Source: an uncultured Clostridium sp. (GTDB lineage Bacteria > Bacillota > Clostridia > TANB77 > CAG-508). From it: a DNA stretch of 64,000 bases. Where the stretch lies: positions 14,458 to 78,457 of the forward strand of contig CAYJKU010000003.1 in NCBI GenBank assembly GCA_964371215.1, given 5' to 3'. Shown piece by piece: positions 50,170-59,402 of the stretch. Numbering within the stretch: the stretch's first letter is position 1; each line of letters starts with the position of its first letter. The position numbers and the translations under genes are program-made. Below the pieces are notes generated by a model, which was not told the DNA's origin, did no database searches, and worked only from the letters and a program-made list of their open reading frames with translations.

Positions 50170-51225
50170 TTATTTTTCTAAACTTTTTTCAATTAATTTG
50201 TCTAATAATTCACTATACTGTATCCCTGATTTTTCAAATAATTTTGGATACATACTTATATTTGTAAATCCTGGCAATGTATTTATTTCATTAATATATA
50301 TTTCATTAGTATTTTTTTCTACAAAGAAGTCTACTCTCGATAAACCTTTTCCATCAATTGCTTTAAAAGCTTTTACTGCTAGCTTTCTTATTTTAGCTTC
50401 TATATTTCCATCAATATTTGCTGGTATTACTGTTCTTGATTCATTATTTTTATATTTAGCATCAAAACTATAAAAATCTTCTGCAGATACTACCTCTCCT
50501 GTACAAGATGCAACTACTTCTTCATTCCCTAATACCGCACACTCTATTTCCCTTGCATTTATCCCTTCTTCTATTAATATTTTTTTATCAAATAAAGAAG
50601 CATGTTCAATATTTTGTTTCAATTCTAATATATTTTCTGCTTTATTAACACCAACACTTGATCCTGAATTAGATGGTTTTATAAACATCGGAAACTTTAT
50701 CTTGTCTATAAGCTTATTTGCCAACTCATCTAAATTTAATATTTCTTCATCAAAGTTTTTATCTATGTATATATATTTTTCTTTAAATTTTCTTACATAT
50801 TCATATTTAACTTGTTTTAAATTAGCTTTTTCAAATATTATTTTTGTATATACTTTATCCATCCCAACACTTGAGGCTAGTACTCCACATCCTATATATG
50901 GGATTTTTAACATTTCAAATAATCCTTGGATTGTTCCATCTTCTCCATATAATCCATGTAAAACTGGAAATATTACATCTAGATTTTTTAAATATCTATT
51001 TATATTATCTATTTCTTCTATTTTTTCTATTTTATCCCCAATTTTAATATTTTTATTCATTTCTAGAACTTTATTCCAAATTCCTTTTTCATTTAAATAT
51101 ATTGGATATATTTCATATTTACTTTTATCTAAATTATATAATATATAACTTGCTGAAACTTTTGATACTTCATGTTCTGTTGACATTCCACCAAAGACAA
51201 CACCTATTTTTAATTTTTTGTCCAT
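50170..51225 (-). CDS. ddl: D-alanine--D-alanine ligase
   Basis: KIGVVFGGMSTEHEVS, HGLYGEDGTIQG, an ATP-grasp region and EINTLPGFT. Confidence 0.92.
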   Translation of the reverse strand: MDKKLKIGVVFGGMSTEHEVSKVSASYILYNLDKSKYEIYPIYLNEKGIWNKVLEMNKNIKIGDKIEKIEEIDNINRYLKNLDVIFPVLHGLYGEDGTIQGLFEMLKIPYIGCGVLASSVGMDKVYTKIIFEKANLKQVKYEYVRKFKEKYIYIDKNFDEEILNLDELANKLIDKIKFPMFIKPSNSGSSVGVNKAENILELKQNIEHASLFDKKILIEEGINAREIECAVLGNEEVVASCTGEVVSAEDFYSFDAKYKNNESRTVIPANIDGNIEAKIRKLAVKAFKAIDGKGLSRVDFFVEKNTNEIYINEINTLPGFTNISMYPKLFEKSGIQYSELLDKLIEKSLEK

Positions 51226-51242
51226 TAACTTTCCTTCCTAAT

Positions 51243-52643
51243 TCAAATTTTTTCTTTTAATTTATCTGCAATTTCAAAAAATCTCATTCCATTTGATGCT
51301 TTTAATAAGATGACATCCCCTTTTGTTGATATTTCACACACTTTATCCACAATTTGTATATTATCTGTGCAATAATATACTTCTATCTTATTATTTAAAG
51401 ATTCTAATACCTCGTTTGAAATATATTTCGCATCTTTTCCACCACAAATTAATATATCTATTTTTGAATCTTTTATGTATTTTCCAACATTTTGATGAAT
51501 TTCTTTTGAAAATTCTCCTAATTCCTTCATATCTCCTAATATCGCTATTTTTCTGTTTTTTTCATATGAAGATAATGTTTTTATACTAGCTATGATTGAA
51601 TCATAACTTGCATTATATGCATCATTAATAATCTTAACACCATATTTCGTATTAAATATTTCCATTCTTTTTGCTGTTAATTCAAATTTTTCTATCCCTT
51701 CAATTATGTTCTTTTCTTCTATCCCTAGCATTTGACCTACTGCAATTGCTGAAAGTGCATTTAATATGAAATGTTCTCCTGCTATAGGTACATTTACAAC
51801 ATTTGTTTTATTCTGATAATTATATTCAAATTTACTACACTCTTCAGATAATACAATATTTTCAGCTTTTAAATTAGAATCTTCATTTATTGAATATGTA
51901 GTAATATTATATTTAAATCTATTTTCTTCATACCATTTTTTAAGCATATCATTATCTAAATTTATTACAACTTTAGGATTATCTGTTCCATCTAATATTT
52001 CCATTTTTGCTTTTAATATATTTTCTCTTGAACCTAAATTTCCAATATGTGCTGTACCTACATTTGTTATTACACAAATATCTGGTTTAGCTATTTTAGA
52101 TAATAGACTGATTTCCCCTAAATGGTTCATTCCCATCTCAAGTATCATTGCTTCATGGTCTTCCAATTCTAATATTGTAAAAGGCATTCCTATATTATTG
52201 TTCAAGTTCCCTATTGTTTTTAATGTTTTATATTTTTGTGATACAACATTTGCAACCACATCTTTTGTACTTGTTTTTCCAACACTTCCTGTTATTGCAA
52301 TTACTGGTATATTATATATACTTCTTTTAAATTTAGCTATTTCATATAATGCTTCTAATGTATCTTCAACAAGAATTATTATTTTATTTTTTTCATCATA
52401 TTTTTCTAAATTAATATTTTCAAAATTTATGTTTTCTATGATTACACATTTCGCACCATTGTCTAAAGCTATATCCCAAAATATATTTCCATCAAATGTT
52501 TCACCTTTTATTCCTATATAGGTATCATTTTCTTTTATTTGTCTTGTATCTTTTGAAAATTTCGTACAAATTTCATTTTCATTTCCTATAATTAATTTAC
52601 CTTTTGTTATTTTTAATATATCTTTTATTATTATATTTTTCAT
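51243..52643 (-). CDS. murF: UDP-N-acetylmuramoyl-tripeptide--D-alanyl-D-alanine ligase
   Basis: Mur ligase motif ITGSVGKTSTKD, DAYNAS, and adjacency to ddl. Start at the ATG at 52643 after GAGGTG. Confidence 0.9.
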   Translation of the reverse strand: MKNIIIKDILKITKGKLIIGNENEICTKFSKDTRQIKENDTYIGIKGETFDGNIFWDIALDNGAKCVIIENINFENINLEKYDEKNKIIILVEDTLEALYEIAKFKRSIYNIPVIAITGSVGKTSTKDVVANVVSQKYKTLKTIGNLNNNIGMPFTILELEDHEAMILEMGMNHLGEISLLSKIAKPDICVITNVGTAHIGNLGSRENILKAKMEILDGTDNPKVVINLDNDMLKKWYEENRFKYNITTYSINEDSNLKAENIVLSEECSKFEYNYQNKTNVVNVPIAGEHFILNALSAIAVGQMLGIEEKNIIEGIEKFELTAKRMEIFNTKYGVKIINDAYNASYDSIIASIKTLSSYEKNRKIAILGDMKELGEFSKEIHQNVGKYIKDSKIDILICGGKDAKYISNEVLESLNNKIEVYYCTDNIQIVDKVCEISTKGDVILLKASNGMRFFEIADKLKEKI

Positions 52644-52709
52644 ATCACACCTCATTTTTATGTATTATATTCTTATTCTCTTATTTTTGCAACTTTTAAC
52701 ATATATATT

Positions 52710-52740
52710 AAAAGAGGATTTCTTCTTGAAACCCTCTTTT
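52710..52740 (-). terminator. rho-independent terminator after the SASP gene
   Basis: The minus strand reads aaagagggtttc-aagaa-gaaatcctcttt, followed by a T-rich tract. Confidence 0.65.
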
Positions 52741-52744
52741 CAAT

Positions 52745-52918
52745 CTATTCTACTGCTCTATTTGCTATTTCAATTGCTTTTTTAACAATATTTCCGCAGT
52801 TTTTTGAGGAAACATTTCCCCAACTACCTCCATCTTGTTTTACTTGTTCATATACTCCTAATTCTCTTGCTATTTCTTCTCTTAAGTTTTGTGATATTAA
52901 TTTACTATTCCTAGACAT
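52745..52918 (-). CDS. small acid-soluble spore protein, alpha/beta type (not in the supplied ORF track)
   Basis: My own translation gives 57 aa: MSRNSKLISQNLREEIARELGVYEQVKQDGGSWGNVSSKNCGNIVKKAIEIANRAVE. AAGGAGGA SD 6 nt upstream. The EIA.ELGV and N.G.(V/I)..(K/R) blocks resemble the two conserved SASP helices. Confidence 0.7.
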   Translation of the reverse strand: MSRNSKLISQNLREEIARELGVYEQVKQDGGSWGNVSSKNCGNIVKKAIEIANRAVE

Positions 52919-53097
52919 AATATCCTCCTTAAAATCTTTTGATTTTAATTTAATTTTTATATAAAACTCTTACTTTAAAGTTTTATATTATTATTATTAA
53001 CATTTTACTCTAAATTATTTTGACAATTTTTATTCATTTTTCATTTTTTTATATATTATATGATATAATATGCGAGAATATACCAAAGGAGAAATTT

Positions 53098-54690
53098 ATG
53101 AACAATAATAATTTACTTGAAAAAACTAATACAGATAATATTCAAGATAAAAATCCAAATATAAATACAACAGAAGTTACAACTGCAGAAAAAATTTCTG
53201 ATTTACAACCTCAAACTAATACAAATATTTCACCAACAAATATACCTTCTAAAAAGAATTCTATTTTAAAAATTAGTATCATAACTTTTTTTATAGTTCT
53301 TTTATTAACTGTAGTTGGATTTCATATATATACACTTTTAAATTCTAATATTGTTTCTAATGTATATGTATATGATATTAATATTTCTAATATGGACCCA
53401 TCTGATGCTAAATATTTAATTGATTCAGAATTAGAAAAATCAATCCCTACTGAAATATTTTTGAAATATAATAATATGCAATCAACTATATCTACTGAAC
53501 AATTAAAGATATCTTTTGATACCTCTGCTGCAATTGAAGAAGCATATAGTATTGGTAAATCTGAAAATTCTTTACAAAACACTTTAAATACTTTTTTATC
53601 TTTTTTTAAAACAACAAAAATAGTTCCTGATTTATCTATTGACTCTGAACAACTTTCTATACACTTAAATGATTTATCTACAAAATTACCAGATACGGTT
53701 ATTGAGAGTAGCTACTATATTGAAGGAAATGATCTTATTGTAACAACTGGTAAAAGTGGTAATGTAATCGATATAGATACTACTATAGAGTCTATAAAAA
53801 ATTCTGCAGCTGATTTATCTTTTAACTCACAATCAGTAGAGATTACAACAATAGTCTCAGATCCTACACCTGTTGATATTGATGCTATTTATTCTGAAAT
53901 ATTTAAATCACCAGTAGATGCATATTATACACAAGAACCTTTTGCTGTTTATCCATCTGAAAACGGATTAGATTTTAGTATTTCTCTTGAAGAAGCTAGA
54001 AATTTAATAGCTTCTGGTAATGAAAGTGAATATATAATACCTCTAAAAACTACTTATCCAAATGTTACGACAAATATGATTGGATCTGAAGCTTTCCCTG
54101 ATTTACTTGCAACACATTCTTCTACATACAATATTTATGATAATGATAGAACAACAAATGTTATATTATCTTCTAATAAAATTAATGGTGTGGTAGTAAT
54201 GCCTGGTGAGACTTTTTCATATAATAAAATTGTTGGAGAAAGAACCATATCCGCAGGATATAAAGAAGCTTCAATATATGTTAATGGTGAAGTTGTTGAT
54301 GGTCTTGGTGGTGGAATTTGTCAAGTAACATCTAATTTATATAATGCTGTACTTTACTCTAATTTAGGAATTGTTGAAAGAGCAAATCATCAATTTATTC
54401 CACCTTATTCAAGTGCTAGTCGAGATGCAACAGTTGTATATGGATTAATTGATTTCCAATTTAAAAATACTAGAAATTATCCTATAAAAATTTATTCAAC
54501 TGTATCAAATGGTACTGCAACTGTTCAAATATATGGTCTTAAAGAAGAAAATGAATATGATGTTCAAATTAAATCTTATCAAACAGGAAGTACTTCAACT
54601 GCTATATATTCTGAATCATATAGGATATTAAGTCAAAACGGAACAATAATTAGTTCTGAATTATTATCTAAAGATACATATAAAAAATAA
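53098..54690 (+). CDS. VanW family protein
   Basis: N-terminal TM and a C-terminal VanW core with FSYNKIVGERT and GGGICQVTSNLYNA. Start at the ATG at 53098 after AAAGGAGAA. Confidence 0.85.
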   Translation: MNNNNLLEKTNTDNIQDKNPNINTTEVTTAEKISDLQPQTNTNISPTNIPSKKNSILKISIITFFIVLLLTVVGFHIYTLLNSNIVSNVYVYDINISNMDPSDAKYLIDSELEKSIPTEIFLKYNNMQSTISTEQLKISFDTSAAIEEAYSIGKSENSLQNTLNTFLSFFKTTKIVPDLSIDSEQLSIHLNDLSTKLPDTVIESSYYIEGNDLIVTTGKSGNVIDIDTTIESIKNSAADLSFNSQSVEITTIVSDPTPVDIDAIYSEIFKSPVDAYYTQEPFAVYPSENGLDFSISLEEARNLIASGNESEYIIPLKTTYPNVTTNMIGSEAFPDLLATHSSTYNIYDNDRTTNVILSSNKINGVVVMPGETFSYNKIVGERTISAGYKEASIYVNGEVVDGLGGGICQVTSNLYNAVLYSNLGIVERANHQFIPPYSSASRDATVVYGLIDFQFKNTRNYPIKIYSTVSNGTATVQIYGLKEENEYDVQIKSYQTGSTSTAIYSESYRILSQNGTIISSELLSKDTYKK

Positions 54691-54710
54691 GGCACATGCC
54701 TTATTTTTTT
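54683..54710. terminator. bidirectional terminator between vanW-like and ypeB
   Basis: ataaggc / gccttat 7-bp stem with a 4-nt loop, flanked by A6 upstream and T7 downstream. Confidence 0.7.
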
Positions 54711-54712
54711 GT

Positions 54713-56086
54713 CTATAGTGCTAAAATACCTTCACCTGTATTTGTTATTATTAAAATATCTTCTTCTTTTCCATTTTCTACATTTATATATACTAAGAAT
54801 TCTCTCCCATCTACAATTCCTTGAAATTCATAACACAATACCTCTGTTTTGTATTTTGTTGGTATTAAAGCAATTCTCTCACTAACTATTTCCAATTCTT
54901 TATTTATATTTGATTTTGCCTCTTCTTGAGATATACGTATATTTGAAAACTCTCTTACTTCATGATTATTCAAATATCCTGTAGTTTCAATACCTAATAT
55001 TTCTCCTGTATCTAATGCAACTTTAACTTTTATTAGATCTGGATATAAGATTATATCATCTTGAACACTCGCATAATTTATTGTTAATATTCCACTTTGT
55101 TTTATATAATATGTTGCTTCTATATTTCCATATCCTTTTGATTCTAAAAATATTTTACCTCTCTCTTTTGCTTCTTCTTGTGAAATCACCTCTTCATTAA
55201 CATCTCTATTTGAGTTCATATTTACAACATGTCCTCCTATTTTAGATATAGAAATATTAGTTATTTCATCATCTTTATGAATGATTTCAAATACATACAC
55301 TTGTATATTACCATTTTCTGAATATCCTTTATTCTTAATCTCAGAAATATTTTCGCTACCTATAAATTCTTCAACTTTTTGTTTTGCAATATCTTCAGAT
55401 ATTTCTTCACCTGTAAGACCTACTTTTTCATTATTTATTAAATGATCTGAATATGCTCCATCATAAATTAATCCTACATATTCATGAAAATTTTGCTCAA
55501 TATTACTAAAAATCTCACTATTCATATTATTAGTATTTTCAGAAAACACTATACTTCCTTTATTTTCTAATTCTCCCCATTTAATATTCCCTGAATTTAA
55601 TTCATTTGATAATTGATTTAGTATTTTTTCTAATTCTTCACTATACCCATGCAATTCTTCTAAATTATTCAAATCTTCTTCACTCAAAGACTCACCATTA
55701 ATATTTTTTTGGGAAAGTGTATAACTGTATTCACTAACTTGATTTAAAAATTTTTCTGTATTTTCTAATTCATTACTAGATATTGGTAATCTAGCTAAAT
55801 AACTTTGTGCTAAATTCGCTTCTCTCCATATATGTGTAAATGTTTCTATTCCATGTTCTGGTGTTGTTGAAATCAATGATTTTACTAAATATATCTCTAT
55901 ATTTTGAACATAATCTACTAATTCATAAAAAGCCATATTATATGAATTTTCAGATAATTGTCTATATTCTCTTTGTTTTTGGTATAATAAAATACCTAAA
56001 ACTAATACAATAGCGAGTAATACCATAATAACACTAAACATATGTCCTTTTTTTAATCTTTCTTTCCATTCAACTAATTTATTCAT
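54713..56086 (-). CDS. ypeB: germination protein YpeB
   Basis: Colinear with B. subtilis YpeB as I recall it. The parallel blocks are ENSYNMAFYELVDYVQNIE, IWREANLAQSYLARLPI, EKFLNQVSEYSYTL and the C-terminal PepSY-type EVLCYEFQGIVDGREFLVYINVENGKEE. Confidence 0.88.
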   Translation of the reverse strand: MNKLVEWKERLKKGHMFSVIMVLLAIVLVLGILLYQKQREYRQLSENSYNMAFYELVDYVQNIEIYLVKSLISTTPEHGIETFTHIWREANLAQSYLARLPISSNELENTEKFLNQVSEYSYTLSQKNINGESLSEEDLNNLEELHGYSEELEKILNQLSNELNSGNIKWGELENKGSIVFSENTNNMNSEIFSNIEQNFHEYVGLIYDGAYSDHLINNEKVGLTGEEISEDIAKQKVEEFIGSENISEIKNKGYSENGNIQVYVFEIIHKDDEITNISISKIGGHVVNMNSNRDVNEEVISQEEAKERGKIFLESKGYGNIEATYYIKQSGILTINYASVQDDIILYPDLIKVKVALDTGEILGIETTGYLNNHEVREFSNIRISQEEAKSNINKELEIVSERIALIPTKYKTEVLCYEFQGIVDGREFLVYINVENGKEEDILIITNTGEGILAL

Positions 56087-56153
56087 ATTTCCTCCATTAT
56101 TATTCTATACGTATTTTTTACTACTTTTGGAAAATTATTCATTTTACTTGCAT

Positions 56154-56196
56154 GAAACAAAAACAAAGTATAACTTTAATAACTTATACTCTGTTT
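56154..56196 (-). terminator. rho-independent terminator after the 131-aa membrane protein gene
   Basis: The minus strand reads AAACAGAGUAUAA-10 nt-UUAUACUUUGUUU (13 bp, one G-U pair), followed by UUGUUUC. Confidence 0.65.
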
Positions 56197-56203
56197 ATTC
56201 TAT

Positions 56204-56596
56204 CTATTCTTCGTTGTTTTGAACTTGTTTTATTACATTTGTCTCTATAACATTTGTTTCTTTTATAACTTCGGTTTCCGTGATTATTCCTGGTTGCTGA
56301 GCATTATTATCTGCCGTTACCTTCGCTTTTGTCTTACTTTTTGTCATAGTATCATATGCACTTGTCGCTCCCCATAAAATTGGTAATGTGTTTATTATCC
56401 CTATTATTATAGATGGTATATCAAATTCTCCTAATGCAAATATTCTTCCTATTGCTATTATAACTGATAATATTAATGCTATTGTTTTACTTTTTGTATT
56501 TTTAAAATATTTTTTAAATAATTGTGTACTAAAAACTACTATTGTTATACATCCAGGTAAACTCAAAAGAACTTTTGCCGAAATGAATTCTTCCAT
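56204..56596 (-). CDS. small three-TM membrane protein with polar repetitive tail (holin-like topology, unassigned)
   Basis: Start at the ATG at 56596, 7 nt after AAGAGGTG. Three hydrophobic segments are followed by TETEVIKETNVIETNVIKQ. Confidence 0.55.
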   Translation of the reverse strand: MEEFISAKVLLSLPGCITIVVFSTQLFKKYFKNTKSKTIALILSVIIAIGRIFALGEFDIPSIIIGIINTLPILWGATSAYDTMTKSKTKAKVTADNNAQQPGIITETEVIKETNVIETNVIKQVQNNEE

Positions 56597-56716
56597 GGTT
56601 TTACACCTCTTTTCTATATCCCTATATACCATAATATGTTTTTAATTACTTAATTTTACATATTTATGCATAAAAAAATAAAACTAGTTATAAATTGCTA
56701 GTTTTATTTTTGTTTT

Positions 56717-57034
56717 TTAATTCATTTCTAATAATAACTCAATCATTTTATCTATTATTGACTTATTTTTCTTGTTTAATAATTCGTATTTATTTCCTAT
56801 TTCACTTGATTTGTGGTGTATAACACCATTGAATAGGTATGTTGGTGAACAATTAGCTAGTCTACAAATTTTAATTGCATTATCTACACTAATACCTACT
56901 TTACCATTTTCTACTTGTGATAAAAATTGTGCATTAATATCTAATTCCTCTGCTAATTCTTCCTGTGTTAGTTTTAACTCTTTCCTAATTTTCTTAATAT
57001 TCATCCCAAGAGCTTTTTTATCATTTTCTTCCAT
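56717..57034 (-). CDS. XRE family helix-turn-helix transcriptional regulator
   Basis: MNIKKIRKELKLTQEELAEELDINAQFLSQVENGK is an HTH_3 domain. Confidence 0.85.
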   Translation of the reverse strand: MEENDKKALGMNIKKIRKELKLTQEELAEELDINAQFLSQVENGKVGISVDNAIKICRLANCSPTYLFNGVIHHKSSEIGNKYELLNKKNKSIIDKMIELLLEMN

Positions 57035-57325
57035 ACTACCACCCTCTAATATTATATTGTATACAGTTTTAAACTTGAAATAGTTTTAATATATATATAC
57101 TCTAGTTTTAAAAGTAGTGTATTTCCCACTTTTAATACACCTTAATTTATCTTTTTTTGTATTTACCAGTATTTTTTCTAACTTAAAGTACACTTTATAT
57201 CTTTATAGTAATAATTTTGCTTATTTCCCCTCACACACATTACAAATTTAAATCAAATTTCCTCTTTTATTATATATCTAAAATATTAAATTATCAATAA
57301 AACAGAATATGCATTTGCAAAGAAT

Positions 57326-57357
57326 AATAAAAAGAACATATTAAAATAATATGTTCT
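57326..57357 (-). terminator. rho-independent terminator after the PPIase gene
   Basis: agaacatatt / aatatgttct 10-bp perfect stem with a 5-nt loop, then TTTTTATTATT on the minus strand. Confidence 0.75.
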
Positions 57358-57363
57358 GAATTT

Positions 57364-58494
57364 TTAAATATTTTCAACTAAAGCTGAATTTACTAATTCT
57401 TGTATTACTACATGTTTAATATATTCATCACTATAAATTTCTTGATAGTGTGACCAATCTGATGAACCGTAGTTTTCTAGGAAAAATTCTCCTATTCCTT
57501 CTTCAGTAACTTCTAAATTATACATTTCTGCCACTGATTGATAGATAAGTGTTACTTTCATTGTTTGTTCATTTGATTCTATTTGAGAATTATAATATTC
57601 ATCAAATGATGTATATCCAATTGCTGTAATATATTCATCAATTGTCATCCCATAATTTTCTGCATCATATTCCATTTGTTCTTCAATAGATAATTTTGTA
57701 TAATCTATTAATATTTGTGGGTATTCAATAACTGTAGATTTTTCTACCAATTGACCTAATATATAATCTAATTCTGAATATTTAATTATTGTTTCTTCTA
57801 AATCTTTTCTAAATTCTTCTGCTGTTTGGAATTGAGATCCATAATTTGCTTGCACAAATTCATCATTAAATACTAATTCTGATTCTTCATAAATTCCATT
57901 TATTGTTATATTAAATGTAGCATTTTTACCTGCTAAATCTGTACTTGCATAATCTGCTGGAAATGTTACTTGAATATCAAATATTTCCCCTGCTTTTCTA
58001 CCAATTAATTGATCTAAAAATCCATCAATATATTGTGTTTCACCTATGATTACTTCTGTACCCATACCTTGTGTTGAACCACCTTCAAATTCAACTCCAT
58101 CTGTAGAACCTACATAGTCTATATTTACAATATCTCCATTTTTAATCACATAATTAGTATCTTCTATTAACTTTGTATTAGGATATTGAGACAATATATA
58201 TTCTATTTCACTATCTACTACAGATGATTCTACTGTTTTATTTTCTTCTGGAACTATAATTGTATTTAAGTCTGGAATAGCTATATAGTCTTCTGCTTTA
58301 ATTCCTTCTAATCTACCTTTATCATTAAAATATTTAGCATATAAGTTCCCTTCTTCATCTACAGATGCTTCACTGTTACTTTCAATATATTCCATTACAT
58401 ATTTTACTCCAAAAAATATTCCTGTTGCTAAAAGTGTAATTAATATTATTGCAATTACTACGACTAAAATTATTATTTTTTTCTTTGATTTCAT
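57364..58494 (-). CDS. membrane-anchored trigger-factor-like FKBP-type peptidyl-prolyl isomerase
   Basis: The N-terminal TM is KKKIIILVVVIAIILITLLATGIFFGV. The PPIase block IKNGDIVNIDYVGSTDGVEFEGGSTQGMGTEVIIGETQYIDGFLDQLIGRKAGEIFDIQVTFPADYASTDLAGKNATF closely follows the trigger-factor FKBP domain consensus. Confidence 0.75.
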   Translation of the reverse strand: MKSKKKIIILVVVIAIILITLLATGIFFGVKYVMEYIESNSEASVDEEGNLYAKYFNDKGRLEGIKAEDYIAIPDLNTIIVPEENKTVESSVVDSEIEYILSQYPNTKLIEDTNYVIKNGDIVNIDYVGSTDGVEFEGGSTQGMGTEVIIGETQYIDGFLDQLIGRKAGEIFDIQVTFPADYASTDLAGKNATFNITINGIYEESELVFNDEFVQANYGSQFQTAEEFRKDLEETIIKYSELDYILGQLVEKSTVIEYPQILIDYTKLSIEEQMEYDAENYGMTIDEYITAIGYTSFDEYYNSQIESNEQTMKVTLIYQSVAEMYNLEVTEEGIGEFFLENYGSSDWSHYQEIYSDEYIKHVVIQELVNSALVENI

Positions 58495-58773
58495 TTTGTT
58501 TTTATTACTTAAATATTAAGTAATTTCCTCCTAAATTTTATTTAAGTTTTTACGGATACTCATAAACCAGCATTTCATAAAACTCATTATAACAAACTAA
58601 TTATATTTTAAGCAATAGTTTCCACATAGAATTCACATTTATTTTTTATCTCTTAAAATATTCCACTTATCTTACGATTCCTATTATTTCTCAAATTTAA
58701 TATCTCACTTTACTTGACATACATATATAACTGTTCTATTATATTTCTATTAATATATATGGGGATTAATCTT

Positions 58774-59166
58774 ATGAAAATACACCATATTTGTATACAA
58801 ACAAATACATATGAAAAAAGTAAACAATTTTATATTGACATATTAGGTTTTAAATTAATCAAAGAAACACAAAATTTCCATGGAAGAGATTTTAATACTT
58901 GGTTAGATCTTGATGGTTTTATGATAGAATTACAAACTGGAAAAAAACCTTTGGATAATTATAATAAAGAAGCTGAAGGAATCGTTCATTTTGCATTATA
59001 CGAAAAAAATGTGGATGAATTCGTATCTAGAATTATAAATATGTCCGAAATTAATTTCAAAAAGAAAAATGGAAATATTATTTATATAGTTGAAAATAGT
59101 AAGTTAGTTAAATTAATAGCTCCTGAAGGAACTATTGTTGAGATTAGAGATGAAATTAGTTTATAG
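58774..59166 (+). CDS. VOC (glyoxalase/bleomycin-resistance/dioxygenase) family protein
   Basis: MKIHHICIQTNTYEKSKQFYIDILGFKLIKE is a typical VOC N-terminal beta-alpha-beta module. Start moved to the ATG at 58774. Confidence 0.7.
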   Translation: MKIHHICIQTNTYEKSKQFYIDILGFKLIKETQNFHGRDFNTWLDLDGFMIELQTGKKPLDNYNKEAEGIVHFALYEKNVDEFVSRIINMSEINFKKKNGNIIYIVENSKLVKLIAPEGTIVEIRDEISL

Positions 59167-59402
59167 ATTTACTACTTTAACATTATCTTAAGATATTTTT
59201 TCAATTCTTTAATCTTATATGCCAACCATTAGATTCTAAACGATTTCTAACATTAAATTATTTTATAAAGAGTTGTTACAAAATTTAAAAATGTCTTGTA
59301 TATATATTTTTTTATGATAAAATTATATATATATAACCAATCTATGAATGAATAACTATCTTACCCTTAAATTAGTAAGATATATACAAAGGAGGTATAA
59401 TA

